This document shows, one piece after another, positions 17,319 to 26,354 of a stretch of DNA of 64,000 nucleotides; the first letter of the stretch is position 1; the number at the start of each line of letters is the position of its first letter. The stretch spans positions 4,706,115 to 4,770,114 of the forward strand of contig NZ_JAWPMM010000001.1 of the NCBI RefSeq assembly GCF_033344935.1, in the 5' to 3' direction. The notes below the pieces were generated by a model. The model was not told where the DNA came from. It did not search any database and worked only from the letters and a program-made list of their open reading frames with translations. Origin of the DNA: Reichenbachiella sp. GTDB lineage: Bacteria > Bacteroidota > Bacteroidia > Cytophagales > Cyclobacteriaceae. A program made the translations under genes and the position numbers.

Positions 17319-18860
17319 ATGAGTAACGAAGTAAGAGTAAGATTTGCACCTAGTCCAACAGGCGTCCTTCACATTGGAGGCGTACGTACTGCACTATACA
17401 ACTATCTGTTTGCTAAAAAGAATGGTGGAAAATTTATTCTTAGAATAGAAGACACTGATCAATCTCGTTTTGTAGAAGGGGCAGAACAGTACATCAAAGA
17501 CTCCTTAGCCTGGTGCGGGATAAAGATTGATGAAGGCACTGATGAGGGAGGAGATTACGCACCATACAAACAATCTGAGCGAAAGGATTTATACAAAAAA
17601 TATGCTCAGCAAATGATTGATGAAGGTACCGCCTATTATGCCTTCGATACCGCTGAGGAATTGGACGAAATGCGCGAGACACTCAAAGCAGCGAAGGCTA
17701 ATTCATTGAATTATAATTCGATCACTCGAAATACCATGAAGAATTCACTGACACTCCCTGAAGAGGAAGTGAAGCAACGGCTAGACTCTGGTGAGCCTTA
17801 TGTGATTCGAATTAAGGTGCCTACTAAAGAAGATATTCGATTGAATGATATGATCCGTGGCTGGGTCAATGTGCATACCTCCACAATGGACGACAAGGTT
17901 TTAATGAAATCAGATGGGATGCCAACCTATCACCTGGCCAATGTGGTAGATGATTATTTAATGAAAATCACGCATGTCATTAGAGGTGAAGAGTGGTTAC
18001 CTTCTGCTCCTTTGCACGTGTTGTTATACAGATATTTAGGTTGGGAAAAGGACATGCCAAAATTTGCGCATCTACCCTTACTGTTGAAACCTGATGGAAA
18101 CGGCAAGCTCAGCAAGAGAGATGCTGCCAAACATGGCTTTCCAATCTTTCCTATGGAATGGAAGGCAACTGAAGAGGATGCCTCATTGAAAGGATTTAAA
18201 GAAGAGGGTTACCTAAGCGAAGCGTTTGTTAACTTCCTTGCATTATTAGGCTGGAACCCTGGAACAGAAAATGAAATTTTCAGTTTAGATGAGTTGGTCG
18301 AAGCATTCACTATAGAACGAATCAGCAAGGCAGGAGCCAAATTCGACATTGATAAGGCTATCTGGTTCAACCAGCAGTACATTAGAAATATGAAGCCATC
18401 AGATTTAGGTTCACTTCTACTAGATCAAACAAAAGCAGCGGGCATAGCCTGTGATGATTCAAAAGCATTGGCTATTGCTGAGTTGCTTCAAGAACGTATA
18501 GATTTTATTCCTGAGCTTCTTTCTAAGGGGCAATATTTTTTCACGGGGCCTACTGAATATGTCGAAAAAGTAGTTCGTAAGAAGTGGAAAGGTGAAGCGA
18601 AGGCTGTGTTTGCTACTTTCATGGAAAAAATATCTAATCAGGAGCTCACCTCAGATGACTTTCAAGCCACTTTAGAACAATCGGCCACTGAAAACGACAC
18701 CAAAGTAGGCATGGTCATGCAAATACTGAGAGTAGCCATTACAGGCGAAGCAGGTGGTCCTGATCTCATGAAGATCATGGAAGTACTCGGAACAAATGAG
18801 GTAACTGATCGTATAAAAAAAGCAACTAGTGCTTTTGATCAGATAGCCAACAATGAGTAA
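17319..18860 (+). CDS. gltX: Glutamate--tRNA ligase
   Basis: It has a HIGH-type motif (PSPTGVLHIGGVRTA), a KLSKR motif and class I GluRS length (513 aa). Confidence 0.95.
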   Translation: MSNEVRVRFAPSPTGVLHIGGVRTALYNYLFAKKNGGKFILRIEDTDQSRFVEGAEQYIKDSLAWCGIKIDEGTDEGGDYAPYKQSERKDLYKKYAQQMIDEGTAYYAFDTAEELDEMRETLKAAKANSLNYNSITRNTMKNSLTLPEEEVKQRLDSGEPYVIRIKVPTKEDIRLNDMIRGWVNVHTSTMDDKVLMKSDGMPTYHLANVVDDYLMKITHVIRGEEWLPSAPLHVLLYRYLGWEKDMPKFAHLPLLLKPDGNGKLSKRDAAKHGFPIFPMEWKATEEDASLKGFKEEGYLSEAFVNFLALLGWNPGTENEIFSLDELVEAFTIERISKAGAKFDIDKAIWFNQQYIRNMKPSDLGSLLLDQTKAAGIACDDSKALAIAELLQERIDFIPELLSKGQYFFTGPTEYVEKVVRKKWKGEAKAVFATFMEKISNQELTSDDFQATLEQSATENDTKVGMVMQILRVAITGEAGGPDLMKIMEVLGTNEVTDRIKKATSAFDQIANNE

Positions 18861-19038
18861 AAAAGAGAAAAAAACACCTAAAGTCAATCCTAAATTAGAA
18901 GGGTTCGAAGTCAATATCAATTCCTTCGGGGAAATCAAGTCTTCATTGAAAATTGATGAACTCAATCAATTTCTAAATAAAAATGTTGAGGACAAAAAAC
19001 TGAAAGACAGAGAGGATCTGGATGACTTGAAAAACTAA
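18853..19038 (+). CDS. Small lysine/acid-rich hypothetical protein
   Basis: The 61-aa ORF overlaps the gltX end by 8 nt, so translational coupling is plausible. I recognise no family. Confidence 0.35.
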   Translation: MSKKEKKTPKVNPKLEGFEVNINSFGEIKSSLKIDELNQFLNKNVEDKKLKDREDLDDLKN

Positions 19039-19063
19039 TTCCTAAACTTAAACTACATCCCAC

Positions 19064-19831
19064 ATGAGAAGTCATGAAATCGACTATGAAATCAAAGGCG
19101 AAAGCATTCAAATCGTTGAAGTTGAGCTAGACCCAAGAGAAACGGTGGTAGCAGAGGCAGGTGCCATGCTATTTATGGAAGACGGGATCTCTTTCGAAAC
19201 CAAGATGGGCGATGGATCCGAACCAAATCAGGGATTTTTAGGAAAATTGGTTTCGGCTGGGACAAGAGTTCTGACCGGCGAGTCACTGTTTATGACACAC
19301 TTCACCAATCATGGAGCAGGTAAGAAAAAAGTGGCCTTTTCGGCTCCATATCCTGGAACGGTAATCCCTATTGATCTCCAGCAATCGCCGAATCAAGAAC
19401 TCATTGTTCAAAAAGATGGATTTCTATGTGCTGCGTTAGGCACCAAAGTTTCCATTACACTCAACAAAAGATTGGGTTCAGGCTTAATCGGTGGCGAAGG
19501 ATTCATCTTGCAAAAACTACAAGGTGATGGCATGGCCTTCGTACATGCAGGAGGTACGGTCATTGAAAAGCAACTTAACAACGAAACGCTAAGAATTGAT
19601 ACCGGCTGCGTGGTGGCATTTGAATCAACGCTGGATTTTGATATTCAATCTGCTGGGGGCCTCAAATCCATGGTATTTGGGGGTGAAGGCATGTTTTTAG
19701 CCACTATGCGTGGCACAGGCAAAGTGTGGCTCCAATCCATGCCTATCAGAAAACTGATACAAGCCATTGCACCTTACGGTAAAAATTCGTCAAAAGAAGC
19801 CTCTTCCATTTTAGGAGATTTTCTGGAGTAA
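19064..19831 (+). CDS. TIGR00266/AIM24-family protein
   Basis: The 255-aa ORF has [19 protein letters not shown] and [21 protein letters not shown] blocks characteristic of this family. Confidence 0.75.
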   Translation: MRSHEIDYEIKGESIQIVEVELDPRETVVAEAGAMLFMEDGISFETKMGDGSEPNQGFLGKLVSAGTRVLTGESLFMTHFTNHGAGKKKVAFSAPYPGTVIPIDLQQSPNQELIVQKDGFLCAALGTKVSITLNKRLGSGLIGGEGFILQKLQGDGMAFVHAGGTVIEKQLNNETLRIDTGCVVAFESTLDFDIQSAGGLKSMVFGGEGMFLATMRGTGKVWLQSMPIRKLIQAIAPYGKNSSKEASSILGDFLE

Positions 19832-20061
19832 TATGGAGAATCCGTCATTGCCGCATTGATTTAACATACGCTGTTAAATTATCAATTCAGGCAATCTGTA
19901 GTTCATGGCACAATACCCTTGCGCGTATCTGCCTTAAAGAACAGATTCTCCGAACACTCCTTCGTCGCGAAAGTTGAAATGAAGTCTTTGCAGTCATTTC
20001 AATTCGAGTAAAAATGAAGCATATTTGCGGCACAACATGATACTCAGATAACCCTTATCAA

Positions 20062-21273
20062 ATGACTAAAATTGGCATCCTCAAAGAAGGTAAAATTCCG
20101 ATCGATCGACGTGTGGCAATCATTCCATCACAGGCCAAATTCATCAAGGAAAATTTCTCCAACCTTGAGTTAGTTTGTCAGAAAAGTGACATCAGATGCT
20201 TTTCTGATGATGACTACAGCGCAGAAGGTATAACCTTGGTGGATGCTGTAGATGACTGCGATGTCATATTTGGTGTTAAGGAGGTCCCATTAGGCAAATT
20301 GCTTCCTAATAAAACATACTTCTTCTTTTCCCACACCATCAAAAAACAAGAGTACAATCGGGAGCTACTTAATGAGGTTCTCGACAAAAACATAAGACTG
20401 ATAGATTATGAAACCTTGACTGATGCCAACGGCCAGCGCATTATTGCATTCGGGCGATATGCAGGCATCGTAGGTGCATACAACGGAATCTGGTCCTTTG
20501 GAAAAAGATATAATCTCTTCAATATCAGACGAGCGCATGAGTGCTTCGATTTGGAGGATATGAAATCCGATTTCAGCAAGGTAAAACTCCCAAACATTAA
20601 AATCGTGATCACTGGGGGTGGTCGTGTAGCCAAAGGTGCTATGGAAGTTTTGCTGGGACTGAATATCCGGAAGGTTACCCCTGAAAGATTTGTCAACGAA
20701 GATTTTCAGGAGCCAGTTTTTACTCAACTGAATAGTCGAGACTACAACAAACACAAAGAAGGTAAAGAATTCACAAGATCAGAGTTTTTTGAACAGCCAG
20801 AAAATTTCGAATCGGATTTTTATCAATATGCAAAATGTGCTGACATTTTGATTGCCTGCGCCTACTGGCATCCAGCAGCACCAGTGCTCTTCACTAGAGA
20901 GGAAGCCACGCATCGAGATTTCAAAATCAACATCATCGCGGATGTAACCTGTGATATCGAGGGCTCAATTCCGTCTACTATCCGTCCGGCAACCATCGAC
21001 GAACCAGTATTTGACTATGACCCAACTACGGGACAAGAGATGCCTCCATTTTCAGATGAAGGCAATATTTCTGTCATGTCGGTAGACAATTTACCTTGTG
21101 AATTACCGAGGAATGCTTCTGAGGATTTTGGGAAGGAATTGGTAAACAATGTACTTCCGTGTTTACTTGGTGATGACCCTGATAAAATAATTGAAAGAGC
21201 AACCATTGCAGAAAACGGAAAATTGACTGCTCACTATGCATATTTGCAAGATTATGCAGACGGCAAGGAGTAA
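20062..21273 (+). CDS. Lysine-ketoglutarate reductase / saccharopine dehydrogenase-like (AlaDH/PNT fold)
   Basis: KEGKIPIDRRVAIIP, YFFFSHTIKKQEYNRELL, IRLIDYE and AFGRYAGIVG blocks resemble the LKR domain of lysine-degradation enzymes. Confidence 0.65.
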   Translation: MTKIGILKEGKIPIDRRVAIIPSQAKFIKENFSNLELVCQKSDIRCFSDDDYSAEGITLVDAVDDCDVIFGVKEVPLGKLLPNKTYFFFSHTIKKQEYNRELLNEVLDKNIRLIDYETLTDANGQRIIAFGRYAGIVGAYNGIWSFGKRYNLFNIRRAHECFDLEDMKSDFSKVKLPNIKIVITGGGRVAKGAMEVLLGLNIRKVTPERFVNEDFQEPVFTQLNSRDYNKHKEGKEFTRSEFFEQPENFESDFYQYAKCADILIACAYWHPAAPVLFTREEATHRDFKINIIADVTCDIEGSIPSTIRPATIDEPVFDYDPTTGQEMPPFSDEGNISVMSVDNLPCELPRNASEDFGKELVNNVLPCLLGDDPDKIIERATIAENGKLTAHYAYLQDYADGKE

Positions 21274-21353
21274 AAAGTCAAATAACTAACTGCACCTATT
21301 CGAAAGTCTCTCAACTAATATATCTTTGCAATCCTTCTAACAAAAGGTAATTT

Positions 21354-22196
21354 ATGGCTTGGTTTAATAGAAAAGACAAAGGCATCCAGACGCCTACAAC
21401 AGCAAAAAAAGAAGCTCCTGACGGGCTGTGGTACAAAACCCCTAGCGGTAAAATTGTGCACATGCGAGAGCTGAAAAACAATTCATATGTAAGTCCTGAA
21501 GATGACTATCACGTAAGAATTGGCTCAAAGGAGTACTTCGAGATTTTGTTTGACAATAATGAGTTTAAGGAACTAGACGCTGAAATGACTTCAGCCGATC
21601 CTTTGAACTTTACGGATTCAAAACCTTATCCTACACGAATTGCTGCTACCCAGAAAAAATCAGGGTTAAAAGATGCAGTGAGAAGCGCAGTTGGAAAAAT
21701 GCACAACAAGGATATCGTGATCGCCTGTATGGACTTTAGCTTTATTGGTGGATCTATGGGTTCAGTAGTTGGAGAAAAAATTGCTAGAGCGATTGATTAC
21801 TCACTAAAGCACAAGATTCCATTTTTGATGATCTCTAAATCAGGAGGAGCAAGAATGATGGAAGCTGGATTTTCCTTGATGCAAATGGCGAAGACTTCAG
21901 CCAAGCTGGCGTTATTATCCGAAGCGAAAATTCCGTACATCTCATTATTGACAGACCCGACTACTGGAGGAGTAACTGCTTCATATGCTATGCTTGGCGA
22001 CTTCAATATTGCTGAGCCTGGTGCCTTGATTGGATTTGCAGGGCCGAGAGTAATTAGAGAAACTATTGGAAAGGATTTACCGAAAGGATTCCAAAGTGCA
22101 GAGTTTGTCTTGGATCATGGCTTCCTTGATTTTATTGTAGATCGAAGAAGTTTGAAAAAGAAACTAACCACGTTATTGGAGCTACTAGAGAACTAG
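21354..22196 (+). CDS. accD: Acetyl-CoA carboxylase carboxyltransferase beta subunit
   Basis: The motifs are [24 protein letters not shown] and GFAGPRVI. The N-terminal Zn-ribbon cysteines are absent (see findings). Confidence 0.9.
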   Translation: MAWFNRKDKGIQTPTTAKKEAPDGLWYKTPSGKIVHMRELKNNSYVSPEDDYHVRIGSKEYFEILFDNNEFKELDAEMTSADPLNFTDSKPYPTRIAATQKKSGLKDAVRSAVGKMHNKDIVIACMDFSFIGGSMGSVVGEKIARAIDYSLKHKIPFLMISKSGGARMMEAGFSLMQMAKTSAKLALLSEAKIPYISLLTDPTTGGVTASYAMLGDFNIAEPGALIGFAGPRVIRETIGKDLPKGFQSAEFVLDHGFLDFIVDRRSLKKKLTTLLELLEN

Positions 22197-22216
22197 ATTC
22201 TTAAATGACTAATAAC

Positions 22217-22257
22217 AAAAAGGGCTTCAAGTTTTCACTTGAAGCCCTTTTTGTTTT
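22217..22257. terminator. Bidirectional rho-independent terminator between accD and lspA
   Basis: A perfect 12-bp stem AGGGCTTCAAGT (22221-22232) / ACTTGAAGCCCT (22237-22248) has a 4-nt loop. It is flanked by an A-run upstream and a T-run downstream. Confidence 0.75.
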
Positions 22258-22281
22258 CGCAGGAGAGTGGAGGCATCTTTC

Positions 22282-22917
22282 TTAGGCCTCTACTTCCACC
22301 GTTTCGGTTTGAACAGCAGAGTCTTGATTTTCCTCTTCCTCTTCTTCATGAAAGAACTTCTTCTGAAAGATGAGTATAGCAAATACCCCAACAAAAATGG
22401 AGGCATCAGCTACATTGAATACAGGCCAGAGTGACATGTACTTCCCTCCCATAAATGGAATCCAATCAGGAATATGCCCCTCCCAAATGTCTACATAAAA
22501 CATATCTACCACTTGGCCATAGAACCATGGTGTAGGTGACCCTACAGGTGCATTGTCCAAGAACACACCGTAGAAAGTACTATCTATTACATTGCCTATG
22601 GCACCGCCTAAAATCATGGCAATACAAATCAGCATGCCTTTGTGTACGCCTTTGTTGATCAAAGTATATAAGTAGTAGCCAATACCAACCATGGCTACCA
22701 ACCTAAACAACGTCAAGAATAATTTACCATATTCGGTGCCCAACTTCATTCCAAATGCCATACCAGGATTAGTGAGGTAATACAGTTTGAAGAAGTCACC
22801 AATAACATGAATTTGGCCCGGCATACCCATGTCCATATTGAAGTGCACCAATAGCTTCACCACCTGATCCAAAAGGATAATTCCCAAACTCAACAAATAA
22901 TACTTATAATACTTCAC
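22282..22917 (-). CDS. lspA: Lipoprotein signal peptidase II
   Basis: The motifs are NPGMAFG and FNVADASI, with 4 TM segments. It lies directly downstream of ileS, the classical ileS-lspA order. It has an acidic C-terminal tail (HEEEEEENQD). Confidence 0.85.
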   Translation of the reverse strand: MKYYKYYLLSLGIILLDQVVKLLVHFNMDMGMPGQIHVIGDFFKLYYLTNPGMAFGMKLGTEYGKLFLTLFRLVAMVGIGYYLYTLINKGVHKGMLICIAMILGGAIGNVIDSTFYGVFLDNAPVGSPTPWFYGQVVDMFYVDIWEGHIPDWIPFMGGKYMSLWPVFNVADASIFVGVFAILIFQKKFFHEEEEEENQDSAVQTETVEVEA

Positions 22918-22929
22918 GCTATCTCTTAA

Positions 22930-25900
22930 TTATTTTACAACTTCTAGCTTAACCGCTACCTCAAATTCATCCATCTCTAATGCCTGACCTCCATTCAAAT
23001 CAGAAACGAGATTCAATTCGTTAGCTTGTGTCTCCTGACAAATATAATCTTTAAATGAGTCGACAGAAGCTTTCACCAATTCATCTGAACTCTGTAGCTG
23101 AACTTTGATCTTATCCTGAACTTCAAGTCCATTGTCCTTTCTCAAATTCTGAATTCTATTCACCAAATCTCGAGCTACTCCTTCTTGTTTTAACTCATCG
23201 GACAACTGAATGTCTAAAGCTACAGTCAATCCATTTTCAGAAGCAACTAACCACCCTGGAATATCCTGTGAACTAATCTCAACATCTTCTAAGGTTAAAT
23301 TGATTTTTTGGTCTCCTAGGTCCAACTCAAAACTGTTGTTAGCTTCCAAAGCTGCAATATCCTCTTTGGTAAAAGCTCCAATCTTTTGAGAGATGTCCTT
23401 CATCCTTGAGCCATGCTCTTTTCCTAACTTTCTGAAATTAGGCTTAATTGATTTAACCAAAATTCCCGAAGTATCATCCAAAAACTCAATGGCTTTAACG
23501 TTCACCTCATTCAAGATCAGCTCTTCCACCGCTTTCACGTGTGTAGCCGTGTCTTTGTTTAGCACAGGGATCATGATTCTAGACAATGGCTGGCGAACTT
23601 TCAATTTTTCTTTCTTCCTCAAGGAGTGAACCAAAGAAGAAATCTTCTGAGCCATTTCCATTCTGATTTCAAGAGATTCATCAATCAAATCAGGGTTCGC
23701 CAATGGATAATTAGATAAATGTACCGAATCGTGTGACTCATGTCCAGACACCGCATTCAAATCATTATACAACCGATCCATATAAAATGGTGCGATCGGA
23801 GCTGCCAACTTCGCAATGGTCTTCAAACAGGTATAAAGTGACTGATAGGCAGCCATTTTATCGTCGTTGTATTCGCCTTTCCAGAATCGTTTTCTATTCA
23901 GACGCACATACCAGTTGCTCATGTCATCGATCACAAAATCTTGAATCATTCGAGCCGCTTTGGTAGGTTCATACTCGTTGTATGCCTCATCTACCTGACC
24001 GATCAATGTGTTCAACTTACTGATAATCCAACGATCACTTTCTGTCTTTTTAGTATTGTCTACTTCGCTTTCGCTAAAACTAAAATTGTCCAGGTTAGCG
24101 TATAATGCAAAGAAGTTGTAGGTATTATAAAGGGTTCCAAAGAATCTCCGCTGCACCTCGGCTACACCCTCAATATCAAACTTCAAATTGTCCCATGGGT
24201 TGGCATTGGAGATCATGTACCAACGGGTAGCATCCGGCCCATATTTAGCCAATGTCTCAAATGGATTCACCGCATTGCCCAATCGCTTAGACATTTTGTT
24301 GCCATTCTTATCAAGCACCAAACCGTTGGCTATCACATTTTTAAACGACACTTTGTCAAATAGCATCACTGCAATAGCATGGAGCGTAAAGAACCATCCT
24401 CTGGTCTGATCCACTCCTTCTGCAATAAAATCGGCGGGGTACACATCACTTAGTCCTCCTTCTGCCTGAGTATTTGCTTTAGGGTCATCTCCCATAAAAT
24501 GAAACTGTGCATAAGGCATAGCTCCAGAATCAAACCAAACATCGATCAAGTCTGGTTCGCGAGTCATTCTTTTTCCAGAATCACTTACTAACACAATGTC
24601 GTCTACATATGGCCTGTGCAAATCGAAGTCTTCACCCAACTCTTCCTCCATGAAGCCTGCGGCAATCGATTTTTTCACTTCCTCTTCAAGTTCAGCTATA
24701 GAACCAATACATTTTTGTTCTTGCCTGTCTTCCGTTACCCAGATCGGCAATGGAGTCCCCCAGTATCTTGATCTACTCAAATTCCAGTCCACTAGATTCT
24801 CCAGCCAGTTTCCAAATCGGCCACTACCTGTCGAAGCTGGCTTCCAATTGATGGTATTGTTCAACTCCACCAAACGATCCTTGTAGGCCGTGGTCTTGAT
24901 AAACCAAGAATCCAACGGATAGTATAGAACCGGCTTGTCAGTTCTCCAGCAATGCGGGTAACTGTGTTCGTATTTTTCTACTTTGAAAGCTCTGTTAGCC
25001 TCTTTTAGGTGTATCGCGATCAATACATCTGTCGGCTTGAAACCGTCAGCTTTTCTTTCTTCGTCTGAATAGTATTCTTCCTTCACATATTTCCCAGCGA
25101 AGTCTGTTACTTCTGGAATGAATTTACCCTGCTTATCCACTAATGGGATATCATCTCCCTTTTCATCCTTCGCTACCACAGCTGGCACTCCTGCTGCTTT
25201 CGAAACAAAGTAATCGTCTGCTCCAAAAAGGGCTGCTGCATGTACGATACCCGTACCGTCTTCTGTGGTCACATAATCACCAGGGATCACTCTGAATGCA
25301 TTGGCCTCCAGATCCTCGTTAGTCACGTAAGGGAATAGTTGCTCGTATCGAATATCAAGTAAATCTGCACCTGTATATTCTGCCGCTATATTCCATGGAA
25401 TAAGCTTGTCCCCTTCTTTGTAATCTTCTAGTGCTATTTCTTTCGCCTTTTCAGAAAAGTACTTTCCTACCAAGTCTTTAGCAAGGATTACAGAAATGGG
25501 CTTGAAGGTGTATTGATTGAAAGTTTGCACTTTCACATACTTGATTTTTTTACCAACGACCAAGGCACCATTCGAAGGCAGTGTCCAAGGTGTGGTCGTC
25601 CATGCCAAGAAGAATAAATCTTCCTCACCATCAAACAACTTCGCTGAAGCTTCAGATTTTTTAACCTTGAATTGAGCTACAACTGACGTGTCTTTTACAT
25701 CGCGGTAAGTCCCTGGCTGATTCAGTTCGTGCGAACTCAATCCTGTTCCTGCCGCTGGTGAGAAAGGTTGTACTGTATAGCCCTTGTATAAAAGCCCTTT
25801 ATCGTAAAACTTTTTAAGTAAGTGCCAAAGGCTTTCGATGTAGTCTTTTTCGAAAGTGATGTATGGATTGTCCAAATCCACCCAATAGCCCATCTTCTCA

Positions 25901-26304
25901 GTTAGATCATCCCATTGGTCTTTGAATTTCATCACTGCCTCTCGACACTTGGCATTGTACTCTTCTACGGAGATTTTAGAACCAATATCTTCTTTGGTAA
26001 TACCGAGTTCTTTTTCAACCTGAAGTTCAACAGGAAGACCATGCGTATCCCAGCCTCCTTTTCTTTTTACCTGATAGCCCTTGAGGGTTTTGTATCTACA
26101 AAAAATATCCTTTACAGCACGAGCCATCACATGGTGAATACCAGGTGTACCATTGGCTGATGGTGGACCTTCATAAAACACAAAGGTTTCCGCGCCTTCT
26201 CTTTCGTCGACAGACTTCTGGAAAACATCATTATTCTTCCAAAACTCTAATACCTCATCTGCTACCTCAGCGTAATTGATATTCTTATATTCTTTGTAAC
26301 TCAA
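22930..26304 (-). CDS. ileS: Isoleucine--tRNA ligase (long, type 2-like form)
   Basis: The 1124-aa ORF has a HIGH-type motif (PSANGTPGIHHVMAR), KMSKRLGN and a CP1 editing-domain region. Confidence 0.95.
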   Translation of the reverse strand: MSYKEYKNINYAEVADEVLEFWKNNDVFQKSVDEREGAETFVFYEGPPSANGTPGIHHVMARAVKDIFCRYKTLKGYQVKRKGGWDTHGLPVELQVEKELGITKEDIGSKISVEEYNAKCREAVMKFKDQWDDLTEKMGYWVDLDNPYITFEKDYIESLWHLLKKFYDKGLLYKGYTVQPFSPAAGTGLSSHELNQPGTYRDVKDTSVVAQFKVKKSEASAKLFDGEEDLFFLAWTTTPWTLPSNGALVVGKKIKYVKVQTFNQYTFKPISVILAKDLVGKYFSEKAKEIALEDYKEGDKLIPWNIAAEYTGADLLDIRYEQLFPYVTNEDLEANAFRVIPGDYVTTEDGTGIVHAAALFGADDYFVSKAAGVPAVVAKDEKGDDIPLVDKQGKFIPEVTDFAGKYVKEEYYSDEERKADGFKPTDVLIAIHLKEANRAFKVEKYEHSYPHCWRTDKPVLYYPLDSWFIKTTAYKDRLVELNNTINWKPASTGSGRFGNWLENLVDWNLSRSRYWGTPLPIWVTEDRQEQKCIGSIAELEEEVKKSIAAGFMEEELGEDFDLHRPYVDDIVLVSDSGKRMTREPDLIDVWFDSGAMPYAQFHFMGDDPKANTQAEGGLSDVYPADFIAEGVDQTRGWFFTLHAIAVMLFDKVSFKNVIANGLVLDKNGNKMSKRLGNAVNPFETLAKYGPDATRWYMISNANPWDNLKFDIEGVAEVQRRFFGTLYNTYNFFALYANLDNFSFSESEVDNTKKTESDRWIISKLNTLIGQVDEAYNEYEPTKAARMIQDFVIDDMSNWYVRLNRKRFWKGEYNDDKMAAYQSLYTCLKTIAKLAAPIAPFYMDRLYNDLNAVSGHESHDSVHLSNYPLANPDLIDESLEIRMEMAQKISSLVHSLRKKEKLKVRQPLSRIMIPVLNKDTATHVKAVEELILNEVNVKAIEFLDDTSGILVKSIKPNFRKLGKEHGSRMKDISQKIGAFTKEDIAALEANNSFELDLGDQKINLTLEDVEISSQDIPGWLVASENGLTVALDIQLSDELKQEGVARDLVNRIQNLRKDNGLEVQDKIKVQLQSSDELVKASVDSFKDYICQETQANELNLVSDLNGGQALEMDEFEVAVKLEVVK

Positions 26305-26354
26305 TGTTTTATTTTCTAATAAGTATTAAAAAATGATTTCTAAATAGATATGGG

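Noticed and set aside
19832-20061. A lysine riboswitch upstream of the lysine-ketoglutarate-reductase-like gene.
   Set aside because: I could not recognise the conserved lysine-riboswitch core helices or motifs by eye. It is retained only as a generic structured leader in the findings.
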